This document shows, in pieces, positions 59,663-63,820 of a DNA stretch of 63,820 bases; positions within the stretch are counted from its first letter, which is position 1, and each line of letters begins with the position of its first letter. Under the pieces are notes generated by a model that ran no database searches, was not told where the DNA came from, and saw only the letters and a list, made by a program, of their open reading frames with translations. The position numbers were made by a program, and so were the translations under genes. The stretch is taken from contig NC_058384.1 of NCBI RefSeq assembly GCF_018350175.1, positions 12,586,181 through 12,650,000 of the forward strand, in the 5' to 3' direction. The stretch comes from Felis catus. Its lineage: Eukaryota.

Positions 59663-62364
59663 TAAGTGTCTTGATCAGATTTTAAAGTCTGAATTTGCCA
59701 ATACGATTCTTGTCTGATTCACTTATTTCCTGATGACACTTTTGTTATTTAGCGTTTTTTTATTGTCTTGTATTCTTCTCTTGCATTCTCATTTACTAAC
59801 TTAACATTCTGTGCAAGGTTATTTACAGATTTCCCTAGATATTTACAATCCCTTACCCAACTACATCTCTCTCATCTTTATAATTTTAAGCCTTTTAAAT
59901 TAAACTTTTTTTCAAGACAGTTTCCATTTTCTTTGAGCAGTTTGGATTCAATGAGAGTGAATTACATAATCCTTAAATTAATTACTCATCATCTTCACTT
60001 TCTTGTTGGAACTTACTACCCTGAAGGTCTTGCTGTGAAATTGATTTGACATGCTCTTGTCATTTTTCATAAAATCGCCCTTTGGTGGAAGTAACGATGA
60101 AGTACCTCGGTACTATTATAGAGAGAGGTTAAATTTGATATCTAATGCATAAATCTCTTGATTCAAACCCTTTGACAAAAGTCAGTCAAAATGGATTTCC
60201 ACTGAAGTCAACCTCTAGAGCAATGGAATGGGCTCTTTACCAGTTCAGTCTATCGCTTGAATAAGGGGGGAAAAAAGGCAAGAGTGTAAAAGGGCTAGAC
60301 CTTGAAGAAAATATTCACGAAGGTCATGGATTTGACAGTTTAGATCCCTGTTTCACCTCTGCGCATGCATAATTTGTTTTTGAGTTCACTGTATATGCCA
60401 TGATTTCCAGTAACTAATCCCAAATTGAATTCCATCCTGGAATGTTGAGGTTTCCAAATGCTAAATTATTTACCAGTTATGGAATGATCCAGATTTCTCA
60501 GCGATTTGCCCAAGTTTCTTCTGACCATCATTTCTTTGGTATTCTTACAAGAAACCCTGAGTTTCTCAAATCGGTGGATAAAATCTTTGGGTTTACTTGT
60601 GTGTTTATCTTCCTTCTCACCCAGGAGACTTCTCTACTTTCCCATGCCCTGCATCATTCTTTAATCTCCAGGGGCTGATCTGTCCATTTCCTGTGGGGTA
60701 GATGCTTATTAGCTCAAACGTACGTAATTATGAAGTTTCCCCGCCGGGTTCTAGGAAGGTAGGAGGAGGAGGTCGTTCTTGGTGCCTGGTGTAGAGAGTT
60801 TGCATCTCAGGAGCGGAATCACAGGCAACAATTAACCAAGCATTTGTCAAAAATACTGGCACGTGCACAGGTCTCTTGGCTCCCCAAAGATTTGCCTTCT
60901 GCTTCGCTAACCTCAGGATGCTGGCCAGCCACATGGAAAGACAGCCAAGCACATCCAGCTCATGGAGCCAGAGGCTGCTCCACTTGACGATCTGGAAATC
61001 ATTCCTTCACTCGGGAGGTTCTGGGGCCTCTTTATTTCCTCAGAAATGAGGCCCACCCAAATGATTTCAAGAGCACACTGCAGCACAGTCTCCACAGGCA
61101 GACAAGCTGTGAAAGTTGGAAATCTGTAGCTCCTCTCCTCCCCCCTTCAGTGCGGGACATTCTTTTCCCAACCACGTAGGTTTACAGCCTCCCAAGACCT
61201 TTCTCATGAGAGGCAATAGAACCCTGTGTCAGGTTTAGTTAAGATGAGTGATTCGGAAAGTCTGTAGCTACTGAGAATGAGGTTCCCAGTTGAGTATCAG
61301 CAGTGACCACAGGAGGTGAGGGTTTGCCTCTCTTCCATCTGTTGTCAGGAATAACAGAAAGAAGCAGAGGGCTCTGGTTTCCCTCTCGAGTCCCCAGCTT
61401 CATTTCTCAGAACGGCCAGTGGTGCACTGGGTAGAGGATGAGGTTCCCCGTCCGTTTCCCTTTCCTCGGTGGGCTGGCCACGTTGAGAAGGAAACTAGAA
61501 GGGAGATCACCTGAATGTCAAGGTCCTATCCAGGTCGGTATGTAAGCAGATCTCTTTCACCTGCAGTACTGCTCCAAGACGTCTCCAAGCCAAAGACACC
61601 ACTGTGACGACAGACCCATCCTCCATGCTTGTTTCCCCTTCTGATCTCAGGTCAAAAAGGGCCTTTCTTTGCCAAACAGATACAATAAACCTAGGAGAAC
61701 AGGACCAATAAAAAAATGGGAATTTAGTGGAAATAAACTTAGGCTCTACTGTTCTTTTCTCCTCCTTCCATTACTTCCTTTCCATCCTCTAAATTATGAA
61801 GCAAGCTTCAATAACAGTCTTTCCGGTTTCTGTATCTAGTGACATCACTCTCCACCTTTGAAACCTCCAATGGCTTGCCGCCATCTGTGGAACGTAGTCA
61901 ATGGCCTTCAGCATGATGCCGCACACCTGAGCTCAAGCCTCGCTGAATTATCCCAGCTCCCCAGATCCTCAGGCCCTTTCGAGTCCAATCTCTGTGAGCA
62001 GGCCACTCTTTTGACCTGGGGTGCCTTCTTCCACCAGCCTGCTTCCGAACTGCTTCTTCAGAACGCAGCTCGGATATCGCCCCCATTCGCGAGCCCTCTC
62101 CAGCCCTCCCTTCCCCACCGGCAGAGCCCTGCCTGCCATCTTTGCACGGTACTTCTTGCTAACAGGCCGTATTTTGTCATTGTTGTTATTGTCGCTCACG
62201 CCCCTCCCTTGCGCGTCTTCTTCCCCGGGAGACTGTGATTTCCTTTGGAGCAGTTTTGTGCTGTTATCACCTCCACCCCAGGAGTTCTAAATGCCTGCCT
62301 TATTGGGCTCATTACAGTGTTGCTGAATGGATGGATGGAAATTTAAAAGATAAACAAGCCATAT

Positions 62365-62388
62365 GTATGTGTGTGTGTGTGTGTGTGT
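62365..62388. repeat. (GT)n microsatellite
   Basis: Direct reading. Confidence 0.9.
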
Positions 62389-62554
62389 ATCCCATTTCCT
62401 AAGTTCACACACCTTGAAGACGCTTTCTCTTCCCTTTTTTACATCCTATAGGAGTAGCACAGTCCTTCATCTCTTTCCCTTCTTCTTGTCTTTATTTCTT
62501 GATTTCAACTCTTTGGAGAAGGTGTTTAGCACAGCCTCCCTCTCCCCACCATTA

Positions 62555-62835
62555 TGACCATTGTTGCCTTCTTCTAGCAGAGCCCCAAAGACCTCAGGTC
62601 TTGCCAAGCAGCCCTCTCTCCCGGCTGCAGCACTCACTGGGGTCCACTGTCCCTCCCCTGCCCTTTGGGCCTGGGGTAGAAATCATTTCCCCCACTATGG
62701 CCAGTCCATGGGTTCTTCTTCCAGGCCTCCGTCTCTGTAAATCCTTCATTAATCCTTCATTAATCCTCTGTAAATCCTTCATAATGCTTTTTGCCCTTTG
62801 AGTGTGCTGTTTCCCACCTGCATCCTCACTGTACT
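62555..62835 (+). mobile_element. ancient ERVL-class LTR fragment (LTR33-like)
   Basis: ctctgtaaatccttcatt...gccctttgagtgtgctgtttccc 3' motif. Confidence 0.55.
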
Positions 62836-62895
62836 GTGCTCAAATTATTGACTTACTGGTTAGTAATCCTTAATTTTATTATTATTTTTTAAAAT

Positions 62896-63135
62896 GGGGT
62901 TTTTTTTTGTTTTAATTTTTCTTTTTTTTTATGTTTATTTATTTTTGAGACAAGGTGAGAGACAGAGATCCGCAAGCAGCGGAGGGGCAGACGGAGGGAG
63001 ACACAGAATCTGACGCGGGCTCCAGGCTCCGAGCTGTCAGCCCAGAGCCCAACGCGGGGCTCGAACTCACGAACCGTGAGATCATGACCTGAGCTGAAGT
63101 CAGACACTTAACTGACTGAGCCACTCAGGCACCCC
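62896..63135 (-). mobile_element. felid CAN-SINE, atypically diverged in the GA-rich part
   Basis: Reverse-strand head ...ccactcaggcacccc. Confidence 0.92.
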
Positions 63136-63139
63136 ACCC

Positions 63140-63356
63140 CCGAAATGTTAACGTCTATTTTTGAGAGAGAGAGAGACAGAGACAGAGTGCGAGTGGGGGA
63201 GGGGCAGAGAGAGAGAGGGAGACACAGAATGCGAAACAGGCTCCAGGCTCTGAGCTGTCAGTGCAGGGCCCAATGTGGAGCTCGAACCCATAGACCACGA
63301 GATCATGACCTGAGCCGAAGTCGGACGCTTAACTGACTGAGCCACCCAGGCGCCCC
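63140..63356 (-). mobile_element. felid CAN-SINE, tail probably continuing at 62870-62890
   Basis: Reverse-strand head ...cccaggcgcccc; flanks taatccttaattt (about 62864) / taatcctttaattt (about 63359). Confidence 0.93.
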
Positions 63357-63820
63357 ACTAATCCTTTAATTTATAAACTAAGAATACGAATTTCTTCCAC
63401 GTATTTACATCACACCAATCACCATGGGTGTCAGGAGCCAATGCCTTGACAACGCTTAGTGATTCGTGAGAAATAGCCTGCATCGAAGTTGAAATTTGTA
63501 TCTTCAATCTCTGTTTCCTGTTCCCCATCTGTTTCCTATTCCATCAGCAAACATTTATTGAGCCCTACTTGCTCTTTATTCTTATCTTTGATTTGAGATC
63601 TTATCTTTCCCCTTTTCATGGGAAAATTCTTAGACCGTAAATCAGAGACCATCGATTACGGGCCATGTAATTGTCAGGCAAGAGCTAAGCCCTGGTTTCC
63701 TTATGGATGAAACGGGAGGGCCAACGCCCCTCTCACAGAGCACACAGAGCTGTTGAGTGAATCAAATAGGGCAATTTCATGAGTAACTTATGACAATCGT
63801 ATTTACTGCTTGTATGGTTT

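Noticed and set aside
61858-62290. 126-aa and overlapping ORFs
   Set aside because: Start lies in an L2-like relic, non-ATG start, GC-rich with several frames open, no homologue recognised
3229-63345. Many 60-170 aa ORFs with MAQSV.., SSPASGSVLTAQSLEP.. or RGRERGRHRI.. motifs
   Set aside because: All are translations of CAN-SINE bodies
2608-63356. Recurrent roughly 200-bp repeats as an array or CRISPR
   Set aside because: Dispersed retroposons with individual TSDs and A tails; eukaryotic DNA; no repeat-spacer periodicity

Overview
This is mammalian genomic DNA from a felid (cat-family) assembly, identified by about 38 Felidae/Carnivora-type CAN-SINEs. The species cannot be determined from the sequence, and there are two short N gaps. 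The window is dominated by repeats: CAN-SINEs of several ages, MIR, L2, L1 3' ends, MLT1/ERVL LTRs and hAT DNA-transposon fossils. I could not identify any protein-coding gene. Most ORFs in the six-frame track are SINE translations, low-complexity tracts or GC-rich chance ORFs. The best-supported non-repeat features are a 3'-truncated U2 snRNA retropseudogene with a target-site duplication (17761-17817), a CpG-rich promoter-like segment with outward-facing splice donors (about 40600-41345) and a second CpG-rich segment with an E-box cluster (about 44790-45300). Several GT-AG-bounded candidate exons on both strands remain unassigned. The most informative structural observations are a 176-bp local duplication whose second copy ends in the first bases of a SINE, a multi-layer nested L1/SINE insertion, repeated re-use of target sites, and long runs of same-orientation SINEs. 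I found no evidence for a new biological system. Repeat family names are recognised from memory and need Dfam/RepeatMasker confirmation.
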